64,000 bases of DNA from an uncultured Pseudomonadales bacterium (GCA_964620965.1 CAZUHV010000001.1:445171-509170), one strand, 5' to 3'. Positions 9,632 through 19,565 are shown, numbered from the stretch's first letter. Made by a program: numbers and translations. The notes: generated by a model not told the origin, from the letters alone.

Positions 9632-9664
9632 CTAAAAAAATAAATTCGGCAAAATTTCCAATAT

Positions 9665-9964
9665 CTATACCTTTGGCCAAACTTGTTCACCAGTTTCTGT
9701 ATCTGTCACAATAATTGCATTTGTTGGGCAGCTTTGAGCAGCTAACAATTTTTCTTCGTCAGAATTTCCATTTTGATCAATAACCGTAGCAATACCTTCT
9801 TCATCTAATTGAAACACATTTGGAGCAACTGCTTCACAAGAACCAGCACTAATACATTTTGATCGAACAACCTCCACTTTATACTTACCAATTTGCTTTG
9901 TTTGTGTTGTGCCATCTGCACTTACTTGCACAGTATTTTGTTGCACTTGAACAGCATCATTCAT
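9665..9964 (-). CDS. Ferredoxin, probable [3Fe-4S]/single-cluster type
   Basis: The C-terminal domain carries CISAGSC...AP..F...CPTNAI, a bacterial-type ferredoxin pattern with three Cys. The start was set at an ATG with a GGAGGT Shine-Dalgarno. Confidence 0.65.
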   Translation of the reverse strand: MNDAVQVQQNTVQVSADGTTQTKQIGKYKVEVVRSKCISAGSCEAVAPNVFQLDEEGIATVIDQNGNSDEEKLLAAQSCPTNAIIVTDTETGEQVWPKV

Positions 9965-9998
9965 ATTTTTACCTCCAACTACTTTCTTCTTTACTATA

Positions 9999-10709
9999 CT
10001 AGAAAAATTTTTCAAAATGAACGTGTTCCTTTGGGACACCCTTTTCTTCTAATAAAGCGGTTACATCTTGAATCATGTGTGCGTTTCCACATAAATAGTA
10101 TCCCCCATTTACAGGAATTTCATGAATTCTCAAACAATCTGTCACACGGCCTCTGCAAAGTGGCCACTCTTCAATCGCCTGAGAAATCACAGGGTGAAAA
10201 TGGAAATTGCTAAAACTTTCGGCTAAATCTTGAAAATCATTTTGCCAGAATAACTCTTCTACATGACGCATCCCCCAATACAAAGTAATGTTTCTTTTTT
10301 CTGTTCCCTCTTGAAGCATAGATAAAATCATCGATCTAAATGGTGCAATTCCAGAACCTGTAGCAACAAAAACTAGCTCATCAACTGCCTCATCTTTGTT
10401 AAAAGTAAATCTGCCCAAAGGACCCATAACATCAATTTCTGCACCAAACTCCAAATTTTGCAATAATTTTGTTCCTGAACCTTGTGGAGTGTGATCTACT
10501 AATAACTCAAACCCATCTTTATTTTCTGGTTTACTTGCAATTGAGTAACTTCTTCTGTCACCATGCTCATCAACTACGATAGAAACATACTGACCTGGAT
10601 CAAACTCCATTTGATGTGGAGCAACCAAAGTAAAATTATATTGAGAATATTTGTCATTAAAAACTTGCTTATCTGCTAGCTTCGCTTTAAATTGTTGTGG
10701 CTTAAACAT
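9999..10709 (-). CDS. Ferredoxin-NADP+ reductase family FAD/NAD(P)-binding oxidoreductase
   Basis: 236 aa with the RRSYSIAS (RxYS) FAD motif and the GSGIAPF NAD(P) motif. It is adjacent to the ferredoxin. Confidence 0.75.
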   Translation of the reverse strand: MFKPQQFKAKLADKQVFNDKYSQYNFTLVAPHQMEFDPGQYVSIVVDEHGDRRSYSIASKPENKDGFELLVDHTPQGSGTKLLQNLEFGAEIDVMGPLGRFTFNKDEAVDELVFVATGSGIAPFRSMILSMLQEGTEKRNITLYWGMRHVEELFWQNDFQDLAESFSNFHFHPVISQAIEEWPLCRGRVTDCLRIHEIPVNGGYYLCGNAHMIQDVTALLEEKGVPKEHVHFEKFF

Positions 10710-10738
10710 GTATATAGATGCTTTCTATCTTCAAAGTA

Positions 10739-11311
10739 TTAATTATAGTCTTGTAACCAATCTCTGCCATACCAAAGGCCAAGCGCCAACTTTGCAAGTG
10801 CTTGATATTCTTCCGTGCGGTCAACAAACCCTTTAGTTGTAATACCAATCATTCCTTGCTTTTTCTTAACATCGCTCTCACCAGCAACCTTTGCTATCAC
10901 AGGGCCCATTTCTTCGCCTTTTCGAATTTTATCTGCAACAACGTCTGGAACCATAAAACGTGCTCCATTTGCGAATTCCATAAAATCGGTTTTATCAACA
11001 ACAACAGCCCAGACTGTAGACCACATTTGGCCATCTTCGTCTTCAAAAACACCACCCTCAAGACCAACCCCTAAAACTTCATCAGTTTTAAGCTCTCTAC
11101 CATCTGCTTCATACTTTTGCAGTCCTTCAAAAAGTGCTGCTTTTGCACGATTCATTGCACCACTTTTTGTTTCTTTATCCGTTCGTGGCTGTTCTGCGAT
11201 TCCACTTGGAACATCGAAACCTTCAACAATAACTTCTGGCCAAGTTTCGCTTGCAGCTCCAACTACAGAATTTATCTTTACAGGATTATGTGAACCAACA
11301 AAAATATGCAT
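10739..11311 (-). CDS. Non-canonical purine NTP phosphatase (YjjX/DUF84-like inosine/xanthosine triphosphatase)
   Basis: 190 aa. The blocks MHIFVGSHNPVK and SGIAEQP..ETKSGAMNRA match the YjjX family pattern. Confidence 0.6.
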   Translation of the reverse strand: MHIFVGSHNPVKINSVVGAASETWPEVIVEGFDVPSGIAEQPRTDKETKSGAMNRAKAALFEGLQKYEADGRELKTDEVLGVGLEGGVFEDEDGQMWSTVWAVVVDKTDFMEFANGARFMVPDVVADKIRKGEEMGPVIAKVAGESDVKKKQGMIGITTKGFVDRTEEYQALAKLALGLWYGRDWLQDYN

Positions 11312-11375
11312 AACAGAACAAGTGTAACAAATTATGTCATAAATGGAAATGAGAAAGTTAGTAAAAAAACTAAAA

Positions 11376-11753
11376 TTAAATCAACTTCTTAACAGCACTT
11401 AAGCCAAGTAATAAACACTTAACTCTGCCAACAGAAATTTCTTCTAAGCCTAACTCTTCTAAAATAGTTTCTTGAGAAAGATCCTTAATTTTGGCAATTG
11501 GGAAACCTTTTAATTTTTCTGATAAAACACTCATAGAAGCCTGAGAAATAATACACCCATGCCCCTTCCACTTAATATCTTGGATAACTTTTTCACCAGT
11601 CTTTTGGTCAACTGCAAACTTCACAGAAACCGTAATCACATCTCCACAACTTGCATTAAAGTTGGTTGTAGTAATATCTGCACCAGCTAAATCTCCAAAA
11701 TTATTTGGATTTTTTGCTTCTTCTAGTAAGTCTTCGTGGTATACCGTACTCAT
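11376..11753 (-). CDS. sufU: SufU/NifU-like sulfur-transfer/scaffold protein
   Basis: 125 aa with the conserved Cys triad (ASCGD, GHGC, KCLLL). It lies downstream of sufS. Confidence 0.8.
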   Translation of the reverse strand: MSTVYHEDLLEEAKNPNNFGDLAGADITTTNFNASCGDVITVSVKFAVDQKTGEKVIQDIKWKGHGCIISQASMSVLSEKLKGFPIAKIKDLSQETILEELGLEEISVGRVKCLLLGLSAVKKLI

Positions 11754-11794
11754 TTTTTATTTTTTATTTACTTTACCCGCTTTAGTCAAAAAAA

Positions 11795-13123
11795 CTATAG
11801 CAATACTTCTTTTACTTTTTTTAGTGCTGTAACAAGAGCATCAATATCTTCCTTTGAGTTATACACTTGAAAGCTTGCTCTAGTTGTTGCAACCCAATTT
11901 TGAGAAGTGTGTAGTGGCATTGTGCAATGATGACCAGATCTCACTGCAACTCCTTGACTATCCAAAACTTGTGCCACATCATGAGCATGAACTCCTTCAT
12001 ACAAAAATGAGACAGAGCCAACCCTATCAGGATTATTTAGATCAGAATTAATACTTGGTTTTGTTTCTAAATTTTGTCCAACAATAACAACATTTTCAAT
12101 TTTTGTGAGTTCTTGCAACGCATAGTTTACTAATTCTAGATCGTGTTCAAGAACTGCCTGCATTCCAGATTTTTTGTTATCAGTATTATTGTCAATGGCG
12201 CCATTGTTCTGCATTCCCAAACTTTGTAAGTACTCACAAGCAGCCGCTAACCCAACAACAGAAGCAACATCTGGGGTTCCCGCAATAAACCTCTCGCTTA
12301 AATCTTCATGAAACTCTGTATGCAACTCATGGACTTCACTAATCATTCCACCACCAAATAGCCAGGGTTGCATCTCATTAGTTTTAAGCAGCTCTTCACG
12401 AACTAATAAGCCACCAATACCCATCGGCCCCAGCATTTTGTGACCAGAGAAAGTGAAAAAGTCTACTCCTAACGAAAAGAAGTTTATTGGTATGTGAGGA
12501 GCAGATTGTGCACCGTCTACTAAAATTCTAATCTGTGGGTTTATTTCTTTTACTGTAGAAACAATTTTCTTAACTGGCACAACTGTTCCCAGTGCATTTG
12601 AAACATGTGGCACAGCAATCAGTTTTATTTTTTGAGCGAATTGTTCTAACTTAGATTCAAAATCTGCAAAGTCAAACTCCCCAGATTTCGTAATTTTAAT
12701 AAATTGGAGTTTAGCTCCTTTTCGTTTTGCCAGCTCTTGCCAAACAACTATATTTGAGTGGTGATCCATAACGGTAACTAGAATCACATCATTAGCGATA
12801 ATATTATTTTCGCCCCACCCATATGCAACACCATTTATTGCTTCTGTAGTGTTACGCACAAAAATCAATTCTCGTAATTTTGCACCAAAAAATTGGGCAA
12901 TTTTTTCTTTACCAGTTTCAAAAAGTTGTGTACTTTCATCAGAAAGGGTGTGAACTCCTCTGTGAACGTTTGCCACATGATTTTCGTAGTAATTCGTAAT
13001 TGCATCAATCATTACATGTGGTTTTTGGCTTGTTGCGGAATTATCAAGGTACACCAAATCATTTCCATTGATTTTGCGAGACAAAATGGGAAAATCTAAC
13101 TTTATTTTTTGAGCATCTAACAT
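11795..13123 (-). CDS. sufS: Cysteine desulfurase SufS (PLP-dependent, class II)
   Basis: 442 aa with HHSN, the FSGHKMLGPMGIGGL PLP-lysine region and the active-site RSGHHC. A low-complexity Asn-rich insertion is present. Confidence 0.9.
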   Translation of the reverse strand: MLDAQKIKLDFPILSRKINGNDLVYLDNSATSQKPHVMIDAITNYYENHVANVHRGVHTLSDESTQLFETGKEKIAQFFGAKLRELIFVRNTTEAINGVAYGWGENNIIANDVILVTVMDHHSNIVVWQELAKRKGAKLQFIKITKSGEFDFADFESKLEQFAQKIKLIAVPHVSNALGTVVPVKKIVSTVKEINPQIRILVDGAQSAPHIPINFFSLGVDFFTFSGHKMLGPMGIGGLLVREELLKTNEMQPWLFGGGMISEVHELHTEFHEDLSERFIAGTPDVASVVGLAAACEYLQSLGMQNNGAIDNNTDNKKSGMQAVLEHDLELVNYALQELTKIENVVIVGQNLETKPSINSDLNNPDRVGSVSFLYEGVHAHDVAQVLDSQGVAVRSGHHCTMPLHTSQNWVATTRASFQVYNSKEDIDALVTALKKVKEVLL

Positions 13124-13171
13124 AGGGTATATTGTACCACTCTTACTTCACATAATAAAATCCCATAATTA

Positions 13172-13201
13172 TTGACTATAAATACCATTTAGTGCTATAA
13201 T
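13172..13201 (+). promoter_or_regulatory. Sigma70-type promoter TTGACT-N18-TATAAT upstream of the large ORF
   Basis: Hexamers read directly. Transcription would start about 40 nt before the ATG at 13245. Confidence 0.5.
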
Positions 13202-13244
13202 TCCGAATCTTTTTATCAATCTTAAAATTTAAAAAAGACAGAAA

Positions 13245-16200
13245 ATGGCAAATAAAGTTATAGAATCAACCAAATCTTTTTTTGGTCTCAGTAAACAAGG
13301 TCCATTCTTGCAACGAGAAGATTTTGAGGCTCTGGCCAGCGTAGCAGAACCAGCAAGTGCCGATATAGAATCAGCAATGAGCCATATTGAGCTTAAGAGA
13401 ATAACTGGAACAGCTCTTAATATAATGAGCGAAGTTTTAACAATTGCGCTCATAAACGTAGTAGCTTCTGGAAATCAAGAATTACAAAGCACACTTGCTT
13501 GGCCAATATTCGGACTATTATCTGCCACAACATTAACCAAATCAACTCTTCTAAACTGGCAATACCGGTTAAATGACATTGCTATTCAAAGAGTTTTTAC
13601 CTATTTGCAAACAATTGATGGATTACAGAACTCAGAAAAAAAACATCTACTTAGCCAATGGCAAAGCGATATTAACTCGATGTCTAGGGCAGAGTTGCAG
13701 TTTGGAAATTTACCTAGTAATAAATTATTTTGGCTTACCTCAAAGCTAATTAACATTGCTTACCTATTCCCAGAACTTACACCTGTTATTATCGGCCAGT
13801 GGTTCCTTTCAATTTTACAAATATCAGGAAATACAAAAGCTTTTCAATATCTACAGTCTCAATTCCAATCTGTTGTACAAGAAAACAGTACTGCAATGAA
13901 ACTACATGCAAAAAATACAAAAGCAGAAAAACTAAAAGAAAAAGTAGCAATGTTAAAAGTTACTGTTCTTACTACAATCATAAATACTATTACACGTTCA
14001 GCATCATTGCCATTCATATGGGCACTTGCTAATGGCGCAACACTGCCAACGCTCATCGCAACATCATTACCAAGTTTAAACACTCTTTCAAGCGAAGTCA
14101 GTGAAACATTGGGCTCAGCAATTGGTGCTCATATACAGTTTACTGCGGCTGCAATCGGGAGAGAAAGATTAGAAAGTATTTTGGATCAAATACAAAAAAC
14201 GCAAGTAATAATCCAAAATCACAATGATAGGAAAAAACACAGAGAAAAACTTGCAGATGAGAAATCAATCGAAGAATCATTCAAAGAAAAAAATATTCCT
14301 ATTCCTCAAGGTGTAACATCCCTACTATTTTCTGAAGTATGCATTCCAAGACCAGCTGACAATGTGATGCTTATCGAAAACCTCACAGGGTATGTTCTTT
14401 TAGAAACTGGGAAGGTTACTATTATCACCGGCGGCTCCGGTAAAGGAAAAAGCCTACTTGCAGAAACTATCCTACAGAATTATTTAAAATCATCTGGAAG
14501 AACTGGTATAAGCAGTAAAGAAGGCATCATTACTGATTTTAGAGACGAAGCTACAAATCATAATGAATTTGGCTTATATGTCAATGAAGATGATATGCCA
14601 GGAGACATTTATTGGGCAGATCTTGCTTTTCCATATAACCTACAAGTTGCTCTCATAGCAACAGCAAACTTTGATATTCATGACCCTTCTATTACCGAAT
14701 TCTTAAGACTTAGCTGGGGAGATAAAACCAAAAATGCAAATAAAACTCAGACACTCACTAAAGTTTTTAAAACCATTCAGAAACATTTAGAATCTATTCT
14801 TTCTGAAACCGGACTATTTATAGACCCTACAAAACAAATGTCATACTATCTTTCACAAGAAATCGGACACTACTCTGACGGTGAAAAACAAAGACTGTTT
14901 CTTTCAAGTGTGTATCTTATTCCAAACTTACCTCTAGTAATAATTGATGAACCTTTTAGAGCACTAGATTCAAGTGATGAAACTCGTAATACAAATAGTT
15001 CTAAAAAAGCTATGGCAGAGTTTCTGTTAAAACTTGAAAATAGGGGAACAGATGTCATCATTATTACTCACGAAAATGATACTGAAATTAAATCACTTTT
15101 AGGAGAATCTATTGGGTGCCAAATTCATCTTGATAATGGACAATTAGTTGCAAAAAAAGGGTACGAAAACATGGTACAACTTACTTCTACTCCACTCTTA
15201 TCTGAACATAACGTAACTGATGAAATATTAGAAACTGAAGAAACTATTACGCTAGGAAAAGAAGTTATCTTAAAAATCGAAGAGTCACTTTTAAGACTTG
15301 ATGACCTTATTAAAGATGCTAAATCTAGTTACATTACAAGTTTTAACAGATTAGATCCTTCAAAACACCCTGAGGTAAAAAAAGAAATCAAATCTATCAT
15401 TAATTTATTCGAGCAAGTCGTCGGTAAGCTTGGAAGAAACCAAAAAATCAACTCCGATATCTTAGCAACTCACAATTGGGAACTCATCGGAGAAGCGATC
15501 TACTTTTACTTAGATACAAGTGATGACAAAGTAGATTTTGTAAAAACTGTTACTATATTTGAAACTATCTTTTCTTCGCTAGACTCAGCAGCACTCACAA
15601 AACCAACCAATCCAGTGTATAAAGGTCAACAGTTAACTGAATTTTTGTATGAGTATATACACTTAGCTGTTACAAATAGACAACGAGAGTTTGAAACTGA
15701 ATACGTACAAAAAGTTAAGTCTCAATACTCCACAATTGTTTCTAACACAAAAGAATCACAACAAGATGAGCAGCAAAAACTGCCTATTTATCCTCTCACT
15801 TTAGAAGAAATAGAAAGCCTTAGAGAAATTGTTGATTCTGAACATAGTGAGCAAACAGTAAAAGACGCTATTACTTTACTTAAAAGTAATATAAGCCAAC
15901 CCGAGAAAAACTTAGAAGCACAAAAAGTTATTGATAATTTCTTTAGAAAACTAGAACAACTAAAACAATTTATTGTGAAAAAATCAGAAACAAATACTGT
16001 AGAAATTGGTCTTGAAATTTTTTCTGAAGATGATTGGAGATTAATAACCAATCTCCTTGATACATACTTCATTTACTTACAAGAAGATCAAACACTAGAA
16101 TTTACAGAAAAACAAGAAAAATATCACCAAGCTTTAGAAATTTGTGATGTTATTTTTTATGCAATGACAGAAAAAGCAAATAACTTGCAAGTTGATTGGC

Positions 16201-16373
16201 TTGAAAATGAATATAGCTTAAAACTAGTTGTATATGGACTACTAGATTTAATAATTCATGATGATTTAGTTGAGTACCAACCAGACCCAAAAATAGTTTC
16301 TCGAATTGAAAAAAGATATCAAATCTTAGTAAACAAAGATCAAAAAGTTAAACGAGAAAATATAGAAGACTAG
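13245..16373 (+). CDS. Large (1042 aa) protein: moderately hydrophobic N-terminal approx 350 aa (possible degenerate membrane domain), central ABC-type ATPase domain, approx 420 aa acidic helical C-terminal extension
   Basis: Walker A is ITGGSGKGKS, the signature-like motif is YSDGEKQRL, Walker B/D-loop is LVIIDEPFRALD and the H-loop is IIITHEN. There is no similarity to Suf proteins. The gene lies antisense between sufD and sufS. Confidence 0.6.
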   Translation: MANKVIESTKSFFGLSKQGPFLQREDFEALASVAEPASADIESAMSHIELKRITGTALNIMSEVLTIALINVVASGNQELQSTLAWPIFGLLSATTLTKSTLLNWQYRLNDIAIQRVFTYLQTIDGLQNSEKKHLLSQWQSDINSMSRAELQFGNLPSNKLFWLTSKLINIAYLFPELTPVIIGQWFLSILQISGNTKAFQYLQSQFQSVVQENSTAMKLHAKNTKAEKLKEKVAMLKVTVLTTIINTITRSASLPFIWALANGATLPTLIATSLPSLNTLSSEVSETLGSAIGAHIQFTAAAIGRERLESILDQIQKTQVIIQNHNDRKKHREKLADEKSIEESFKEKNIPIPQGVTSLLFSEVCIPRPADNVMLIENLTGYVLLETGKVTIITGGSGKGKSLLAETILQNYLKSSGRTGISSKEGIITDFRDEATNHNEFGLYVNEDDMPGDIYWADLAFPYNLQVALIATANFDIHDPSITEFLRLSWGDKTKNANKTQTLTKVFKTIQKHLESILSETGLFIDPTKQMSYYLSQEIGHYSDGEKQRLFLSSVYLIPNLPLVIIDEPFRALDSSDETRNTNSSKKAMAEFLLKLENRGTDVIIITHENDTEIKSLLGESIGCQIHLDNGQLVAKKGYENMVQLTSTPLLSEHNVTDEILETEETITLGKEVILKIEESLLRLDDLIKDAKSSYITSFNRLDPSKHPEVKKEIKSIINLFEQVVGKLGRNQKINSDILATHNWELIGEAIYFYLDTSDDKVDFVKTVTIFETIFSSLDSAALTKPTNPVYKGQQLTEFLYEYIHLAVTNRQREFETEYVQKVKSQYSTIVSNTKESQQDEQQKLPIYPLTLEEIESLREIVDSEHSEQTVKDAITLLKSNISQPEKNLEAQKVIDNFFRKLEQLKQFIVKKSETNTVEIGLEIFSEDDWRLITNLLDTYFIYLQEDQTLEFTEKQEKYHQALEICDVIFYAMTEKANNLQVDWLENEYSLKLVVYGLLDLIIHDDLVEYQPDPKIVSRIEKRYQILVNKDQKVKRENIED

Positions 16374-16390
16374 CTCTCTGAGTTACTAAG

Positions 16391-16876
16391 CTAAATCTCC
16401 AAAAAGCCTTCAGTAATCAAATCTTCTGCCTGACGTTTTGGAATACCACGAGACATGAGATAAAAAAGCTGCTGTTCTGGAATTTGTGTAATACTGGCCG
16501 CATGAGAGCATTTCACATCGTCAGTTAAAATTTCCAGTTCTGGGACTGCTTCTGCACTTGCTTTATCAGAAAGCAATAAAACACGTTCAGTTAAAAATGA
16601 GTTACTCATGCCACAGTCATGGTCAATGATTATTCTGCCAAAAAATCTAATTCTTGAATTATCACGGGCCACTCCACGAAGCGTTGTGTTTGCCAAAGTA
16701 TTCTTTGCCTTATGATGAATAGTTATGTTAATTTCTATTGCATCTGAATTTTCTGTTAAAAATGAACCTATAACTTCTGCCTCTGCACCCTCTCCCACTA
16801 ACTCAACTAAATACTCACCTGATTTTGTGATCTCTATTTTTTTATGCTGGTCTTTTTCTATTGTATAAACTTTCAT
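16391..16876 (-). CDS. sufD: Short SufD/SufB-family protein (beta-helix C-terminal core only)
   Basis: It matches the SufB C-terminal blocks (LLLSD..A..IP.LEI..DDVKCSHAAS, QLFYLMSRGIPKRQAE). The start was set at MKVYTIEK. Confidence 0.7.
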   Translation of the reverse strand: MKVYTIEKDQHKKIEITKSGEYLVELVGEGAEAEVIGSFLTENSDAIEINITIHHKAKNTLANTTLRGVARDNSRIRFFGRIIIDHDCGMSNSFLTERVLLLSDKASAEAVPELEILTDDVKCSHAASITQIPEQQLFYLMSRGIPKRQAEDLITEGFLEI

Positions 16877-17000
16877 TTTTGCGTTTTTCAAATGTATTAA
16901 AAAATTTGGAAAGTACTTTGTAAAGTATGTTTTGATAAATGAGTGATTCAAACCAAAGGTTTGCACGAATATTCAAAATATATTTTACAAAACTGCAGAT

Positions 17001-19565
17001 TTATCCAATACTCCCCTCCATCTCATGATCTATTAATCTGTTCATTTCCACCGCATACTCAAGTGGAAGCTTACGAACCAAATCATCAATAAACCCATTC
17101 ACAATCAATTTTCTTGCTTGTTCTTCACTAACTCCACGAGACATCAAATAAAACAACTGATCATCTCCAATTTTAGAAACAGTCGCCTCGTGCTGAACTT
17201 CAACTTGTTTGTTAAAAATTTTATCTACTGGATAGGTATCAGATCGAGAGTTACCATCAAGCAATAATGCATCACAAATCACCGTATTTTTACTATGATG
17301 TGCTTTTGGACCAACATTTATTAGACCTCTATACGCAGTTCGACCCCCACTTTTACTAATAGACTTTGCAACAATAGTCGAGCTTGTGTATGGGGCCAAA
17401 TGAATTGCCTTAGAACCTGTATCTTGATGTTGACCTGCGCCTGCTAAGGCCATCGATAACGCTTCTCCTTTCGCTCCTTTTCCTGCCAAAACAAATCCAG
17501 GATACTTCATTGTTAGCTTTGAACCCATATTAAAGTCTGTCCAAATCATCTCAGCCTCTTCATCAACATATGCACGTTTGGTGACTAGGTTGTAAATATT
17601 CTTATACCAATTTTGGACTGTAGTATATTGACAACGGCCACCTTTTTTAACATAAATTTCAACTACAGCGGCATGCAAAGAACCAGTTGAAAAATTTGGA
17701 GCTGTACAGTTATGAACAGCTACCCCACCAGCAACATAACTTTCATCTTCACGCACTGAAAAATTATATACGTCTATATTGTCAACTTCTTTCGACTCAA
17801 TTTTTTTAATTGGAGCATACAAATATTTTTCATCAACAAAATAATAAGTTGCTCGCTTCTTTTCCCACATTTTTGGTTGAATGAACTGTTCTACAATCTT
17901 TCCAAAAGCAATCATGTACTCGCCACCAATCACCAAATTGTACATTAGAAGCCTATTTTTACTTCTTTTCGTTTGAATATTAAGAGAGCTTGCAATTCCT
18001 AAACGAGCCAGAATCATTCTACCCTGTGTTGCTAGCGTCTTTGAGGTTGTAGAAATTCTAAACATTTCTTTTAAACCATGCTTTACAACTTTAGAATAAT
18101 AGTTACCATCCCCATAAAACCAAGTTTTAATAAGTGCTGACTGTTTTTCTGCAGACTCTTGCATCACCCAATCCGGGATTTGTTTTGAGCTTGAATGCGT
18201 ACCAAATTGCTCAAAAAATCGGCACAAACGTACAGAACTTACGACAACATTTGTACCATTATTTTTTTCATGAGATATTTCACGAATTCTAGTTTCGCCA
18301 AAAACAGAAAAAATAAGTTTTTTTACCTCTTCAATGTATTCTACTTCTGAAGTATTAAAAGAGAAATTCAAATATGAGCCAGCAGAAATGCTCCCTTCTG
18401 CCAAATAATATCCTATGAGCTTAAATAAGTCTGCTGTGCATGGAATTTCTAGCTTTTCTAATTGCCAACCATGTCTTCCATTACCTACAGGGACTTCATA
18501 TTGCAAAGTTTTTTGTGTTTTGAGCGTTTGATCAATCGGAGTACAAACATAGTCACCTTTTCGCAGATCTTTAACTGGCAACCATTCAGGACTCCAGTTT
18601 TTATTTCGCTCACTTTTAGTTTTCCTTTTAACAACTAAAAATGGATGTTCCTCTGTTGCTTCAATTACTTCTGAAGGTTGACCCGTTACTGTCACTGAGT
18701 AAAGCCGCCCTGAATAAGGTCTTACTTGAGTATGATATACAGACTGGTATTTTCCAGTATGCGTCAAAACCTTTGAATCCGTAGTAACATCTTCTATTGC
18801 TGTTAAACCTTGATCTGTTAAAATTTGCGTCCCTGCAGTAAAACAACCCTCAATATAGTGTACACTTGCACCTTCATCAACAATAATTAAAGTTCTTTCA
18901 AACTGACCAGCATTCGCTGCATTAATTCTAAAGTATGTTTGCAGAGGCATTTTTACGTGCACCCCTTTTGGAATGTACACAAATGACCCACCAGACCAAA
19001 CAGCAGTGTTTAATGCAGAAAATTTATTATCAGAAAATGGAATAACCTTATTGAAGTATTCTTTAACCAATTCAGGATACTGTGCCAAACCTTCGTCCAT
19101 AGATAAAAACACAACACCATCTTTTGCCCAAACGTTTTTAAGTGAACCATACACAACTTCACTGTCATACTGAGCTTTTACACCTGCCAAAACTTCACGT
19201 TCTGCTTTTGGAATTCCTAATCTATCAAACGTCTCTTTAACTTCTCTTGGCACATCATCCCAAGATTTTCCAGCTTGGTCAGTTGGTCGTAAATAGTAGC
19301 GAATCTGATCATAATTAATTTCAGAAAGGTCTCCACCCCAAGTTGGAGTCGGTTTTGAACGAAATGCTTTGTATGCTTCTAAGCGCAACTTGAGCATCCA
19401 CTCTGGCTCATTCTTTATCGCAGAGATTTCGTCTACAGTTTTTTCCGTTAATCCAGGCTGTAAAATGTGAGCATACCCTTCTGTAGAATACGAAAAACCA
19501 TGCTCGTAGGAATCACCTGCATCAGTTTCAAAATTGCCAGTCTTTTTTTGTGCAAAACGTGACAT
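17001..19565 (-). CDS. sufB: SufB containing a full-length intein
   Basis: The 854 aa product exceeds the usual approx 470. The SufB block VHYIEG is followed by the intein (aa 241-619) and then CTAPNFS. The C-terminal LFYLMSRGVSEEQARKLIVNGF block is present. Confidence 0.9.
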   Translation of the reverse strand: MSRFAQKKTGNFETDAGDSYEHGFSYSTEGYAHILQPGLTEKTVDEISAIKNEPEWMLKLRLEAYKAFRSKPTPTWGGDLSEINYDQIRYYLRPTDQAGKSWDDVPREVKETFDRLGIPKAEREVLAGVKAQYDSEVVYGSLKNVWAKDGVVFLSMDEGLAQYPELVKEYFNKVIPFSDNKFSALNTAVWSGGSFVYIPKGVHVKMPLQTYFRINAANAGQFERTLIIVDEGASVHYIEGCFTAGTQILTDQGLTAIEDVTTDSKVLTHTGKYQSVYHTQVRPYSGRLYSVTVTGQPSEVIEATEEHPFLVVKRKTKSERNKNWSPEWLPVKDLRKGDYVCTPIDQTLKTQKTLQYEVPVGNGRHGWQLEKLEIPCTADLFKLIGYYLAEGSISAGSYLNFSFNTSEVEYIEEVKKLIFSVFGETRIREISHEKNNGTNVVVSSVRLCRFFEQFGTHSSSKQIPDWVMQESAEKQSALIKTWFYGDGNYYSKVVKHGLKEMFRISTTSKTLATQGRMILARLGIASSLNIQTKRSKNRLLMYNLVIGGEYMIAFGKIVEQFIQPKMWEKKRATYYFVDEKYLYAPIKKIESKEVDNIDVYNFSVREDESYVAGGVAVHNCTAPNFSTGSLHAAVVEIYVKKGGRCQYTTVQNWYKNIYNLVTKRAYVDEEAEMIWTDFNMGSKLTMKYPGFVLAGKGAKGEALSMALAGAGQHQDTGSKAIHLAPYTSSTIVAKSISKSGGRTAYRGLINVGPKAHHSKNTVICDALLLDGNSRSDTYPVDKIFNKQVEVQHEATVSKIGDDQLFYLMSRGVSEEQARKLIVNGFIDDLVRKLPLEYAVEMNRLIDHEMEGSIG
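17709..18845 (-). mobile_element. Intein (approx 379 aa) with LAGLIDADG-type homing-endonuclease domain inserted in SufB at YIEG/CTAP
   Basis: It starts CFTAGTQIL and ends VAVHN followed by extein Cys. LIGYYLAEGSIS is a LAGLIDADG-like motif. The boundaries were computed from the protein index. Confidence 0.8.

Noticed and set aside
13229-13453. 74 aa minus-strand ORF overlapping the promoter and 5' end of the large ABC-like gene
   Set aside because: It is antisense to a strongly supported long ORF and its promoter and has no Shine-Dalgarno sequence, so it is likely noise.
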